In this document: piece by piece, positions 35,828-50,202 of the stretch
How positions within the stretch are numbered: the stretch's first letter is position 1
Layout of the letters: every line of letters starts with the position of its first letter
Assembly: GCA_009103225.1 (NCBI GenBank)
Contig: RHPI01003536.1
Coordinates: 62,001-126,000, forward strand
DNA length: 64,000 nucleotides
Origin: Chlorokybus atmophyticus
Lineage: Eukaryota; Plantae; Mesostigma and Chlorokybus algae
Direction: 5' to 3'
The notes under the pieces: model-generated
Told to the model about the DNA's origin: nothing
Database searches by the model: none
Seen by the model: only the letters and a program-made list of their open reading frames with translations
Position numbers and translations under genes: made by a program

Positions 35828-38800
35828 ATGGAGTACAAGTGCGCGAACGTGCTGGGGGCAGCCTACCGCGGCGCCAACATAGTCATCTCAAGAGACCGGT
35901 CAGTGGGTGTGCGCTGCGTGTTTCTCTTGCATGCGTATGCGTGTGCGTGCGCGTGCGTGCATTTGACTGATGAGGCGTGCAACCTCCATGGCACGCAGCA
36001 CGCTGCTCAGCGCGGCGTCCAACCGCGTCGCCGTGACGGACCTCGCCGCGGCCTCCTCGCGCGTGCTGCCCCACGCCCACGCGCGCGCCATCGCGTGCCT
36101 CGCGCTCCACCCGGACGGTGAGGACACAGCTGGAGACAGAGACTTTGCGCACGGTGGTTGTGATGCTGATGTGTGGTACTGACCATGCTGTTGTAGGCAA
36201 CTTGCTGCTGTCGTTTGATGATGCGGGCAAGGGTATACTCACCAACGTCAGGCGCCAGGTGGGTTGGTTGCGTGCGTGCGAGTGTGATGCATGCACATAT
36301 CAGCGGGTGCGCGCAAGAGCACCCGTGCGCATGTGTGCGTGGGGTGCTTTGGTGCATGAGGACCAGTGTATGTCTATGCCTGTGTGCGCACGAGCCACCC
36401 AGAAACTTGTAACCCCTCTTCGCTCCAGTTATTACGTAACGACACAACCTCTTTGTATACAAACACCACAGGTTGTTCTCCATCATCTCAACTTCAAGGC
36501 CCCCGTCAAGTGCGCGCAATTCAGCCCCGACGGCCGCTACTTCGCTGTCGCCATCGGCAAACACGTGCAGGTGACTGTCGAAACACTGCTATCATGGCTA
36601 ACGTAAATACAACAACAACAACAACAACAAACACACGTTCACTTACAGGTGTGGAGGACTCCCGGGATGGCCAAGGAGTTCGCCCCGTTTGCCCTCCTGC
36701 GCACTTACACGGGCTGCTACGACGATGTCACGTGCATCGACTGGTCAAGCGATTCGTGCTGGTTCCTCGCCGGCTCCAAAGATCTGACGGTGAGTGGGAA
36801 ACAACATTTTATGGTTTGCTTCACGCACATGCACACAACACGGCTGTGTGTGTGTGTGCGCACATGCACACGCGTACAACACAGGCGCACGCACAGGAAC
36901 ACACATGCAAATGCACAAACACCCATGTGTGCACACACCCAGGCGCGCGCATGCGCACACGCAGGCACGCGCACGCACACATGCAGGCACACACACACGC
37001 GCGCGCGCTCTCGCTCACTTTGTTGTTCTCTCTAGGTGAGGATCTACTCGCGTGATCCCGTGGAAGGTTTCAAGCCCGTGACTCTGTCCGGCCACCGCGA
37101 CAACATGGTCGCTGCCTTCTGGGACGAAACCGACCCGCACGCCCCACAAGTAATGTCGTTGTTGTTGTATACTGTATTCACGCTGACACTTGCACTACGA
37201 CTCTCCCCACGACAACAAGTATACCACAACAGATCTACTCCGTGTCGCGGGACGGCGCGCTCTTCGTGTGGCAATTCAAGCCCGACGACTCCACACCAAC
37301 CTCACCCACACCCACACCCACACCCACAACCGCAAGCACAACGACAACAACCCCCACCCACCTCTCCCGTGGCGTGTGGTCCCGTCTCTCGCGCCACTTC
37401 TTCAACCAGACTCCCGCCAAGTTGTCCAGCGCAGCTTACCACAGAGCGGGCAGGCTTCTGGTTGTCGGGTTCTCCTCTGGAGTGTTTGGCTTGTATCAGA
37501 TGCCGGGGTTTGAGAGCATCCATCGGCTGAGCGTGTCGAGGGAGAGGATCGATAGCGTGGCGTTCAATGGGACGGGGGACTGGCTCGCGATGGGGTGAGT
37601 GCTTGATGGGTCGGGTACTTAGTTGTGGTTCAGTTGTGAGGTTGAGATGATGCGTGTGAGCGGGCGCTTGCGTGCGTATGTGCCACACGTGCGCGTATTG
37701 AGTGAGTGTGCGCATACATACGCACGCACGCATACATGCGTGCACGCATGCGTGTTAGAGTGTGTGTGCGCACATGTGTATCGATCCCATAGGTTTGTGT
37801 TGGGGTGTGGAACGCATTCACGTACACACACTCAAGTGTCATTACCTCTTGTGTTTCATGTGTGTGCAGGTGTGCGAAGTTGGGTCAGTTGCTCGTGTGG
37901 GAGTGGCGTTCGGAGACGTACATCCTGCGCCAGCAGGGCCACTACTATGGCGCCAACACCGTCGCGTTCTCACCGGACTCGCAACTTATTGCCAGTGGCG
38001 CCGACGACAACAAGGCAAGCATGTCCTTATTTGCTGCAAGGGATCAACACACGCTCACACCCGCATGCGTACACAAGCCCACACGCACGTGCGCGCGCAT
38101 GTACAGACGCACGCACGCACACGAGAGCACACTCGCGTGCACGCACACGCGCACGCGTATGCAGTGGTGCACGCACAACGTGTACGCACATTTGCATCTG
38201 CACACCAACACTTGTGCCATGCATGCAGGTGAAGTTGTGGAACGCCGCGTCGGGCAGCGCCTTTGTCACGTTCAACGAGCACACGTCTCCCGTGACGAGC
38301 GTGACCTTCAGCGCGGCGGGCAACTGCGTCCTGTCGGCGTCGTTGGACGGGACCGTCCGCGCGTACGACCTCGCACGGTACCGCAACTTCCGCACGTTCG
38401 TTACGGGAGCCGAACGCGCGCAGCTCGCGTGCCTCGCCGTCGACCCCTCCGGAGAGATCGTGTGCGCGGGTACGGGTTGTCGTGTGTGTCGTTGCAGTGC
38501 GTGCATGGCGGATAGGCGCGCGCGTGTATATGTGGGCGTGCGCATGCGTACACGCGCACATATACACGCGTGCGTTGAGAGCACTTTTGTAACTTGCATT
38601 GAGATAGACATCTGTCCGTTATTGTATGGTCGTGCGCATGGGCAGTCTTCTTCAAGCGTACACGGGGTACATTTAGAAATTTGGTTACGTATAGGTGCTG
38701 TGGACACCTTTTCTCTGTACGTCTGGAGCATGAAGACGGGTCGGCTGCTGGATGTGCTCAGCGGGCACGAAGCGCCCGTCCACGGCCTTGCGTTCAGCCC

Positions 38801-40423
38801 AACACAGGTGCGATGCTGTACTGTCTGTTGTTGTGTCATGTAAGATGCGAAGCACTCATCAACGAGTTGTGTTAGGCGGTGCTGGCGTCGGCGTCGTGGG
38901 ACAAGACCGTGCGGTTGTGGGACGTATTCACGGGGAAGGGTGGCGTGGAGACGTTCAACCACACTCACGACGTGCTCGCGCTGGCCTTCCGCCCAGACGG
39001 TGAGAGTTGTGTCATATGCCACACCCACGCAAACACACAAGCACACGCACATTGTCTCAGGTATACACGCACACACGCGCACGCATGCAGACACCCACAT
39101 ACAACAACAACAACAACGTCCTTTCTCTCTCTCAGGCAAGCAGCTCGCTTCCGCCACGCTCGAGGGCGGCCTCTACCTGTGGGACCCCGTCGAGGGCGAG
39201 TTGCGCGGCACGATCGAGGGCCGTCGCGACGTGGCGGGGGGGAGGAGGGCAACGGACCGACAGACCGCCGCCAACGCGTCCTCCGGCAAATGCTTCAACA
39301 GCCTGAGCTACTCCGCGGACGGGACGTACCTGCTAGCGGGTGAGGAGAGTAGTTGTGCGTGTGTGGGTTGTGACAATCACATCCGTGTACGTGCACACAA
39401 CCATGCATGCGTGTGTGCACGCACGACATTAACACATGTCGTGTGATATGCGCGTAAAACATCAGATGCACATACACGCATACATGCATGTTTCCTCTAT
39501 GCCGTGATTATCATCCTGCATGCGTCGTTGTTGTGTCAGGTGGGAGCAGCAAGTACGTGTGTTTGTACGACGTGGAGGAGCTCGTGCTGCTTCGCCGTTT
39601 CCAGATCACGTTCAACCGCGACCTGGACGGCGTGTTGGACTTCCTCAACAGCAAGCGCGTGACCGAGGCGGGACCGTTGGACCTCATCAACGATGACGAT
39701 GATGACGATGAGAATGAAGATGATCACATGAACAAGAAGGCCGAAGACATGCTACCTGGTGAGAAACCCAACAAGGGCCGTCCCGTGGCTCAGACCAAGT
39801 GCGTGGTGTTCTCCTCGACGGGACGCATGTGGGCCGCTGCGTCCACGGAGGGCGTGTTGTTGTACTCGCTCGACGACGTGGCCGTGTTCGATCCCACCGA
39901 CCTCGATATCGACATCACGCCGGCCGCGGCGGAGATAGAGTTGCGGGCCGGGCGATATCTACGCGCCCTCGTGATATCATTCCGACTCAACGAGCCGACA
40001 TTGATATTGCGGTGCCTGGCGGCGGTACCCGTTACGCAGATACCCGTCCTCGCGCGCACAATACCAACATCTTATCTCAACCGGCTCGTACCTGCACTCG
40101 CGGAGCTCCTCGACACGTCATCTCATGTGGAATATGTGCTCACGTGGTGCGCCGAGTTGTGCACATCGCGAGGGCGTGCGTTGCAAGAGGCAAAAGGGTC
40201 CTATTTGCCGGCGTTTAGGAGTTTGCAAAAGGGACTCAAGCGCATGCATGATGAGCTCGCGGGCGTGTGCGAGGCCAACCAATACACGCTGGAGTACCTG
40301 GCCTCTATATCAAAGATTGCTGAAAAGAAACAACAACATGATGGCGAGGGTGAGGGTGAAGATCAGTTGCGGGGTAGTGGGGCAAACGTGAAGAGGACGC
40401 GAGCATTGCTGGTAGCTCGATAA
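35828..40423 (+). CDS. PWP2: Periodic tryptophan protein 2 (UTP1, WD40; 18S rRNA processing)
   Basis: MEYKCANVLGAAYRG; QLLVWEWRSETYILRQQGHYYG; TVRAYDLARYRNFRTF; VWSMKTGRLLDVLSGHEAPV; ITFNRDLDGVLDFLNSKR. Confidence 0.95.
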
Positions 40424-40832
40424 TGGCAAGTTGTTTGCGCTGGTGCTGCGCGTGTTGCTGTATTGTGCTGGTTTGCTGGTGGCTGCTGTGGGCAGATGGA
40501 TAGCACCCGGTACATGAACCCTCCCAAACTTGCACACTTCTTGTGATATTCGTAGCTGGAAGCATTATGTACTGCAGGAGGTCCAAGCGCACGCACCACA
40601 CGGTTGCAGAAGAACTTCTTGTGCGTGGCAATGACATTGGTGTATTCGATAGAAGTTCATTGTCCTGCATGCATTATCTGCATGGTGTGACACACTTGCC
40701 GTGACTATGACGCACACGAGTTCTGTCCACATGAACACAAATAGGAGCACCACTGCAGGCTCCATACAAGCTTGTAGATATTGCAAAGAGCTTCAAACAG
40801 TTACACATCAAGTCCCAACACGCGCTTCGTCA

Positions 40833-43800
40833 CTACTTTATGCGGTACTTGATTCGCAAGGCATCAAAGCGCCCCTTTACATCCGTTGGCACGCCAGTAT
40901 CACTCGCGATAGCATCCCAAAGCGCCCTTACGACTGCACACACAAAACGCCAACATCACATCGTTGCAAATATTGCAACACAGAATGATAAACACACACG
41001 CACAGAACAAGCGCCATACTCAACCGTACTGATTGAACTGTCTCACCTGCACGGTCTTTGGCAGGAAGCAACATGATGAGCATGTCAAAGCGAGCAACAT
41101 GTGACAGCTCTGTCGCAATATCCGCAGCTACACTGGCATCAGACCTGCCAAGGGAGAAACTTCTTACATTCGATAAAATGGATGACAAGGATACAACTCA
41201 CTCATACACCATGTTGGATTGATGCTTGCTCCTGGCGAACAAACTTACGGGACGAAGTGCAGCTGCAGCGTGTTCAATAACTGTGTGAGTAGGACGGCAG
41301 TCAGTGAGTCTTTGAACACGGCTGGCAGCCTCCGAGGCGGTATCATCTGCAAGGGTCAACACCATGTTAACATTGACAGTGCACATGCATGCACATGCAA
41401 GGTGCGCATGCATCTGCGTGTGCGCTATCAACAACCTTGAGGTAGTTGGCCTGAGCGTGCATATCGCCCGCAAGCGCCTTCCAGCTGACTTCAAATTCGT
41501 AAGCGGAACTCGGCGGTTGCATCGCCTGCAGAGCCCAAATTTCTTATATCATACAGTTAAATGTGTGGTTTGTGTAAATTTCATCACCCACACACATGCC
41601 TACAGTTGTAACTCTGCATGCTACTCACCTGTGCGACCGCTGAGCGAGCCTTCTCTGCAGCTGCGCGTGCAGCATTTGCAGCTGATTGATCTAGAGTTGG
41701 TGACGTCAGAGTCGAATTCTTGTTGCGCTGTCAACCGAGTAATCAAAACGAATTCTGTTGGTCGATGTGTTCACATTACCGCATTATGTAAGCAAGCACA
41801 ACCACAGCCATCTACCGCTTGCAACGAGGGAGAAACTACAGAGGGTAACTCGCGAATCTCAGGTTCGTCCGGCGCCGAAGACACCACACTGCTTGAGCAA
41901 CACAACAAACACGCATCAAAACCATTTCTATGGTTGGACACATATGCAACAGTCAACCTCAGACCTGATTGCAGCTGGCTTCGCATACGATGTGCTGGCA
42001 GGCTGCGACCGAGCTGCTTCAACTCGCTCTTCCAAGCCTTGCGGGGAGTCAGGGAAGCTGTGTGCGGCTTCATCCATGACGAGGGGGTCCTCGCCATCCT
42101 TCTCCTCGATCACATCGATGACGTCGGGCTTGGCCGTTGGCTTCAACCCGGACTCCTGCACAGCACATACACCACATCAGTCCAACGGCCAATCAACCCA
42201 ACATGATCATGATCCACACATGTATGTATAGTACACTCAAGCCCCACCTTCAAGTATTGCTCTTTAGCTTTCTTACGCTCCTGATTTAGCTCTCTGCTCG
42301 TGGGCTCGAGCCGCAGCGCGCTTTCAAAGTCTGAAAGAGGGGCCGAGTTTGGATGTTGAGACTAGCATGCAAGGAACCGCACACTTTTACGTGACCGTAA
42401 AAAGCAAACTTACCAAGTACGGCTTGAAGGTTGTTCCCGAGTGTGTGATGCGCGGTTGCTCGCCTCCAGTAGCCTTTGATGTAGCTGGAGTCCAAATCAA
42501 TGCAAGCAGTGCAGTCTGCTATAGCTTCTTTGTGCCTGCATGTAATTAAACAGTACTCAGCGAACACGCGCACGCACGCACACACGCATCACAACATTTG
42601 CACCTGTTCAGCTTCATCAGCGCCATCGCGCGGTTGGCATGCGCCACACTTGATGGCTGCACCGCTATGCTGCGGCCATACAACTCAACTGCCTCCTTCC
42701 ATCGGCCGCTTTTGAACAACCGGTTACCCTGCACCAAGCACACTCATCATCAAACCCAACATGACGGAAGCAACACACCAATGTTACCATACCTCTTCTT
42801 TCAAAGACTCGGATGATTGTGTTTCGGCTCTGCGTGAGGGGTCATTGCGAGCGTGTGATTGTGGCTTTACTGTCTTCTCTTGTTTGTGGTTGCTGGTGCT
42901 CGGGCCCGCCGCGTTGTGGTTGTTGTTGGCATGGCGCATAGCGCGGCTGATGCCGCCGCTGGGTTGATTTTCATCATCGGATGATGACGCCTCGGCTAGC
43001 GCGGCTTCCTTGGCAACAACATGCGGCAAGTCATTGCCTGCTCGTGCGCACACACGGCAGTAACTTGCTTGCTTGCATGCATGTCTTCATGCACGCACGC
43101 ACGCGCTCAACAGAAAAGGTGCATGATGCTGGCTGAGTGCCCTACAACAGTGATGTTGGCACGCTCGCGCGCACGCACGCACGCACGCACGCGTACACAA
43201 CGCCCATTCGAACATCAATGCTCACCACGTTGAATCTGTCCCACTTGTCTCGGAAGTAGTCGTACGTGTGTCCGGCGGCATGTCGCTGCGTCGCACCTTC
43301 CCCGACTCTATCACCGTCCGTCGCTGGGGCCTTCCCTTTTCCCTCCTTCGTTCGCGCGACAACGGCTGCAGCTGTGGCTGCCGCGCGGTCTAATGAGGGA
43401 TCGACTCGACCTCGCACGGGCGGCACAATCTGTGCATGAACAAGTGTGAATTGGTTGAGGTGGTGCTTGTTGCAGGCACGTTGCAGTGGCAACGAGATTG
43501 TGCATGCATGCAGGCGTGTATGCGTGTGTGAGCACGTGCTTGTGTTTGGATGTGGGCATGTGTGAGTACGTGCAAGTGCATGTGGGCGTGCTTGCCCGTG
43601 CGTGCGTGCGTCCATGTGGGCGTGTGTCAAGTTGTTGTTATTGCCTGTGCTGAGCCAGCGGCCTTTTTCAAGTTCGTGTCGGCGCTTTTTGCGTCGTTCT
43701 GCCAATCTTGCAGCTCCTTGAGAAAGTCTTGCACTTCCTGAAACAAAGAATGTCGGATTGCAGAAGAAAACAGCGCTGAGTATGTGACGTGCGTAATCCT

Positions 43801-44145
43801 CCACACATCATGCTGCTTGAACCATGACTAACACAAAACTTCGATGCGCGGCAGCTGACAAGCACATGGATGTTTCTAGGAGCAACAATCACACACAATC
43901 ACAGCTGCACATACTGCTCGCAACCCTAATGCATGTATGTGAGACACAGAAGTCAAGTCAAGCATCACGCCTTGCTGGCATGAACAGATATGAGCTTACA
44001 ACTTCTGAACTGCATTTGAAGCAGTGCAACTCTAAGCATGCCTTCTTATGATGACTCAACAAGCAGCAAACTCAGCACTCAAATCAGCAAACTCAATCTC
44101 ACTAACCAGGGCGTTCTGCCGGATCTGGTTCTGGACGTGCGCCAT
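40833..44145 (-). CDS. RPAP3: RNA polymerase II-associated protein 3 (R2TP TPR co-chaperone)
   Basis: MAHVQNQIRQNAL/EVQDFLKELQDW N-terminus; YDYFRDKWDRF; TPR GNRLFKSGRWKEAVELY..ANRAMALMKL..KGYWRRATA; C-terminal domain PPSSAYEFEVSWKAL..RFDMLIMLL..LRIKYRIK*. Confidence 0.85.
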
Positions 44146-45918
44146 GTTGGGGAGGCGGAGGAAGCAGCCACGTCGTGCATGCAGGAAAGACAAAGCTGCT
44201 GTTGTCCCTGCTGCCCCGCTCCAACCCGCACCGCCCGCCGCCCTTGTCCTGCAGCTGCTCCGGTACAGTGCTCGTTAACTTGTGCATTTCACATGGTCAT
44301 GAGCCATGAGAAACAACCTTCCCCCGCTATAAGTCAAAGCCACGACCCCCCTGCCTTTATGATACATTCATTCCAACAATGGGGTTTACTCTTTTGTTGC
44401 TTGTTAGGATGTTTTGGTAACTCCTTCCAGTAGGTTGAAGGTTGACTTGCACCTTATCGTCTTTACTCCATTAAAGTCCCCCCTCATATGAGGTCCCCTA
44501 CCAATGGAATTGCATTGTTTCACACTTATCTTCCTTTATGAAAAGGGGCAGGATTGTATACAAAATGGGAGACTTTACTGGAGTGAATACGGTATGCTGA
44601 ACATGAGGAGATTACATTAAGCATAAGCCAAGTCCCTAAATGCACGTTGCTAGCACATGTGCTCGATGATCGATCTTTGCATAATAGATTACGGAAATAT
44701 TGTTGCAACATTAAGATAAACGGTGCTGGTGTAATTACATATTAATAAGAATGCAACAGGAATGGAATACCTTTTCTGTAAGCGAGGTTCCACCACTGCG
44801 AGAATATTTTAATCACATGACAAGTTGTTGCTGTAACCATTAAATATGGTACATTGACGTTGATCGAACTTTCAAAGCAATGTCGGAGGATTCATGCTAC
44901 ATGGAGTATTGTGCGCACGCTTTACAAGTGCGCTCAATGAGTGTACCACGAAAAATCGCTTACCATATTTGCTTTCTGAAATGTCAAATCACATTCATGC
45001 ATAATTTGCACTCAAGTATCATGCACTTCATACTTTTCTGTGTTGCTCGGCATTGCTTTATGCTATAATAATAGTATACTCGTCAGATACTTACACTCTT
45101 TTCAGCAATCAAAGTTGGACTTTTTGACAATGAGATTGTGATGATGTTATTGCTTATTATAGGATTTGCCTCATACGTGAAAACAAACAAAATGCAAAAT
45201 TGCAAGTACAAGAATGTTATTGCTCGTATTTCTGTCTTGGTTGATAGTGTAGCACCCCTGCAGTTTCAATGTCACAATAACATGTTCGCGTCTTATAATA
45301 TCCAATTTAGATTATGGTGTCACATGTCATAATGCATACGTTATGATTTATTACTCACAAACATGCTCAACATGGCATATGTTATGTACCAAGTGTGCAT
45401 ATCAAACAAGTTGATGGGTGAAGACTTTAAACGGACTGCACATAACAGTAGCTTGAATGTGTTTTCATAAAGGCATGATATTGTATTTTTCGTATGTCAT
45501 GATCGGAATTACGATGGCATTCAAGTGATACCGCTATAGCATATTGCGCATGCTTATATCATATACTTACAAACACTTTACATACCTTTACTAAAACGTG
45601 TACGTAGCTTACAATTACTATATATATAAATGCAAGTAACATATGACAATGAAGGCTTTTTAAAGGGGTACAATCCGTTTTAATTTTGCACTGGATGTAA
45701 CATGTTACCCATATATCAATGCACATTCTGTAATCAAGTGCAGCTCTTGGCTAGCCCAATGTTACCAAACCGCATCACTAACACAATGCAATGCCAGCTT
45801 GCAATACAAACTTTATCATGATACTAGTATCTACGCATAGGACAATTAGCCAAATTGTTTTATAAAGCAACCTTGAGTTGTTTTACCCTTGCATTGCATA
45901 CATGCATGTAAAACCACG

Positions 45919-45953
<35 letters not shown>

Positions 45954-46380
45954 NNNNNNNNNNNNNNNNNNNNNNNNNNNNNNNNNNNNNNNNNNNNNNN
46001 NNNNNNNNNNNNNNNNNNNNNNNNNNNNNNNNNNNNNNNNNNNNNNNNNNNNNNNNNNNNNNNNNNNNNNNNNNNNNNNNNNNNNNNNNNNNNNNNNNNN
46101 NNNNNNNNNNNNNNNNNNNNNNNNNNNNNNNNNNNNNNNNNNNNNNNNNNNNNNNNNNNNNNNNNNNNNNNNNNNNNNNNNNNNNNNNNNNNNNNNNNNN
46201 NNNNNNNNNNNNNNNNNNNNNNNNNNNNNNNNNNNNNNNNNNNNNNNNNNNNNNNNNNNNNNNNNNNNNNNNNNNNNNNNNNNNNNNNNNNNNNNNNNNN
46301 NNNNNNNNNNNNNNNNNNNNNNNNNNNNNNNNNNNNNNNNNNNNNNNNNNNNNNNNNNNNNNNNNNNNNNNNNNNNNNNN
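45954..46380. other. Assembly gap flanked by (TA)n and (TC)n
   Basis: N run between microsatellites. Confidence 0.99.
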
Positions 46381-46480
<100 letters not shown>

Positions 46481-47372
46481 TCCTCTCTCTCACACACACA
46501 CACTCTCATTTGTGACGAATGCGCACAATGCTAATAGCTCATTGTTGCTAGGTTGTTTGCCAAGTGGATTGGTGTTATGCATGTTGTATGAAATGTACCG
46601 TATGTTACTTGTTTTGTATGTGGATGATTGTTCGTATGCTCCGTGTAAGATGGACCATGTGGCAGTGACACGTGTGATCGCATACACATGCATGCCAGTG
46701 CAACCCCGACTTGACTGCCTGTCGCACACAGCACTCTTCACGCCACGACACAGCCAGACTGGGTGCCACCAATCACACTCCCAATTCACGGAAAGTGAAA
46801 AAGTGCTGTTGGCCGCCACTGCACTGACTGGTGCCGCGCGCTCGGCCCCTCGCAGTGCAGCCAGTGTCCGGTTGACACCGCCCAGAACTCATCACTCGCA
46901 ACTTATGAGTGAGTCATCAGCCGTGCGTGTGGCCTTGAAACCTACCCAACAAGCCGCTTACATAATGACTACAGAGCCGAAGTTGCGTGCATTTTCAACC
47001 ATTGCCAAGCCGGCAACCAAACAACAGTAATGAAGAAGTCGTGCATGAACGCTGCTTTACTTTCACAACGCAAGAGGAGAGATCCCGAACGTCGCTCACC
47101 AACGTGATCTATTCTTCAGGATGCGCCATAGGTCACGGCCCGTAACACATGTTCGTGATGGCGTTGATTATACTGTAACGGTCGTTAGCTGAGAGCCACA
47201 TTTGGGTCCGCGGGCATCTTACTTGAAAAAGTGACTGCTGGCAGTAGCAGTGGCTGCGGCAGTGGCGGTGACAGCGGCGGCGGCCGCCGCGGCGTGGTTG
47301 TTTGGATTGTGCAGGTAGTGGTTCGGGCATCCATTGTTGCTGCCTTTACCGCCACCTGCTGCTAGTGGCGCA

Positions 47373-50202
47373 ATGTGCAACTTGGATAGCAATGTGAGTA
47401 GCGCTTGTTGGGGCAGGCTCCAGCTTGAGTTGCCAATGCTGCTCGCCTTCGCCTTGCTCCTCCTATTCGTTGTGGTTGTTGATGATGTTGTTCTGGTTGT
47501 TGTTGATGTTGTTGTGACGTTTTTGCCTTCTTCGTCATTGCCAGCGAACAGCTGCGGCGCCGGCAGCGGGGAAGGGGGACTGGCCAGACCAGAGGCGGGT
47601 GTTTCCGGAGGAGGATGAGAAGCAGGACGAGGATGACGTGGCTCAGGCCAGCAGTAGCAGCTCTGAGGAGGCGTCTTTGTCGCACGGCAATCGCCGCCGC
47701 CAGCAGCTGGCTGCGGTCACAGCGAAGGAGCTCGCTAGCCATCACACCCCTGACGACTGCTGGATAGCCATTAAGAACAAGGTGAGAGGAGCAGCTTTGC
47801 TTGTGCCAATGCTATATGCCAGCAAGCTTTCATGACAGCTGGCAGTGCGCTGGCTTCCTCTGCCTACATGCCAGCAGTAGATGCGATGCTACTGGCATTG
47901 GCATGTTAAATGAAGGGGCACAAGAGGCCACCTTGCCTATACGCGGTGTCATAGTGGCCTGTAGTGGTGCTACTGCAATTGGCATTGTGTCTGAAAGTCA
48001 GTTTCCTCTGCAAGTGTAGTTCCGACAGTGGTTGAGCGTTGTGTTCTCATACATCTCGCTTGTTGTGACAGCAAGTTCAAACTCAATTCCAGTCCTTCTT
48101 ATAATGATTGCTTTGGTTGATTAGTTAGACCAGTCTTCTGCGACAACTATAAATGTGTGTTTCTGCGTTTGGTAGGTGTATGACATCACTGGATGGGGCT
48201 CACAGCATCCGGGCGGCAATGTGGTGTATGCATATGGCGGCCAGGACGCCACCGACGTGTTCTCCACCTTCCATGCCGCAATCACATGGCAACAGCTGTC
48301 TAGATTCTGCATTGGTCAACTGCAGGTGGGCCTCACAAGTAGTGTTGTGCGTGCATGTGCGCATGCGGTTGCATGTGTGGTTGCGGGCATGTTTCACATG
48401 ACAAAGCAAGTATCACTGCAGGTTGACACGCCGACTCCGGCTCTACTTGAAGATTACCGCCGGCTTCGGGCAAAGTTCCAAGCAGATGGGTTGTTTACGA
48501 GCAATAAATACTACTATGTGTTCAAGGTTCTATGCAACCTAGGCATTCTTTACGCCGCGTTCGGGGCTCTCCGGGCTGCCGCACACAGCGCGTTGTTCCT
48601 CATTCTTTCCGCCGCACTGCTGTCAATTTGCTGGCAGCAGTGCGGATGGCTCGCACACGACTTCTTGCACCACCAGGTACACATACAAGCATGCATACTA
48701 GGACACCCCACAACAAACAAACATCCACCATGCTTCCAATCCAAAGCTTGTCGATCGATGTCGATCAGTAAACCCCACATGTCAACATACACACATGCAC
48801 AGGTGTATGTAAGCATGCAAGAAAGCATACCCCACAAACAAGTTACCAACTTGCCAACCATGCACTTGTCAGTGCACCCAACAATGTTATTGTGTTGTGT
48901 ACAGGTGTTTAGGCATCGGGCGCTGAACAACCTGGCTGGGTTGTTGATCGGCAACCTCTGGCAGGGGTTGAGCGTAACATGGTGGAAGACCAAGCACAAC
49001 ACGCATCACGCGGTGCCTAACGAGTGCGACCACGCCTTTGCACCGATTGACCCCGACATTGACACCCTCCCGCTGCTTGCGTGGTCTAAAGAGATGCTGC
49101 TGCCCGTCTCCAACCCAATTCACCGAATACTTATACGTCACCAGCAGCTTTTGGTCTGGCCTCTGCTCTGCATTGCACGAACCGTCTGGCTCATCAAGAG
49201 CATACTCTTTGTCATCAAGCCCGTCAACGCCAAATACGCCACATCGTTGACCCCGCTGCAGGTACATGTAACCGTGTTTGCCACCTTGCCTGCTTGCTGG
49301 CTGTTTGAATGAGTGATCAAGTGCTTCCAATCTGGATATCAATTCTGATGATGCTTGACCTGTCTCCTCAACGTGCTTGCAATGTGTTGTGTAATCAGGC
49401 TATGTTGGAGCTGTCGTGCTTGGGTCTTCACTGGAGTTGGTACTTGTGGGCTGCTTTCTCCCACCTCGGCCTCATCCGCGGGGCCTTGTATGTGGCCCTA
49501 ACACAACTCGCGAGTGGCTTTCTCCTGAGCTTTGTGTTCGTGCAATCTCACAACGGGATGGAAGTCTACAACGACAGGCACAAGGACTTCGTGAGCAAGC
49601 AGGTACACCAACAAAACGAAGTTCAATCACAAGCACCCCACACAAACAATCAAGCACATGCATGACTTGATAGAACCAATGCATGCGTACATTCACAGGG
49701 GTATCTTGTTTATACTACGTTGTTGCCGGTATGTCTCATGCATCACTCCAAGCCAACCGCACACATTGACACCAGCTGTTGTGTGCTCCGTGTCACTGTT
49801 CATAGTTTGCCGTTATATCTCACTCCAAGCCGAGCGCGCACATTGGCACCAGCTGTTGTATGCTCCGTGTCAGTTCATGAACTGCCATACTTTATCTTGA
49901 ATGACCAATACCCAATTCATGTGCGTGTGGCGCCATTGCTGAGTGTCATTCTTTGCTCCGCGCAGGTGGTATCCACGCGGGACATACAGAGTTCGCTCCT
50001 CAATGACTGGTTCACTGGCGGTCTCAACAGGCAGATCGAGCACCATCTCTTCCCGACAATGCCGCGTCACAACCTCGGCTGCATCGCCCCCGCAGTGAAG
50101 GCGCTGTGTGAGCGGCATGGACTCGTCTATGAGGATGCGTCGTTTGCGGAAGGCACGGCCAAAGTGCTGGAGAGACTAGCTGAAGTCGCGCGCGAAGCGT
50201 AG
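47373..50202 (+). CDS. Front-end (Delta6/Delta5-type) fatty-acid desaturase with cytochrome b5 fusion
   Basis: [16 protein letters not shown]; His boxes HDFLHH, HNTHH and QIEHHLFP; WWKTKHN. The start exon is approximate. Confidence 0.92.
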
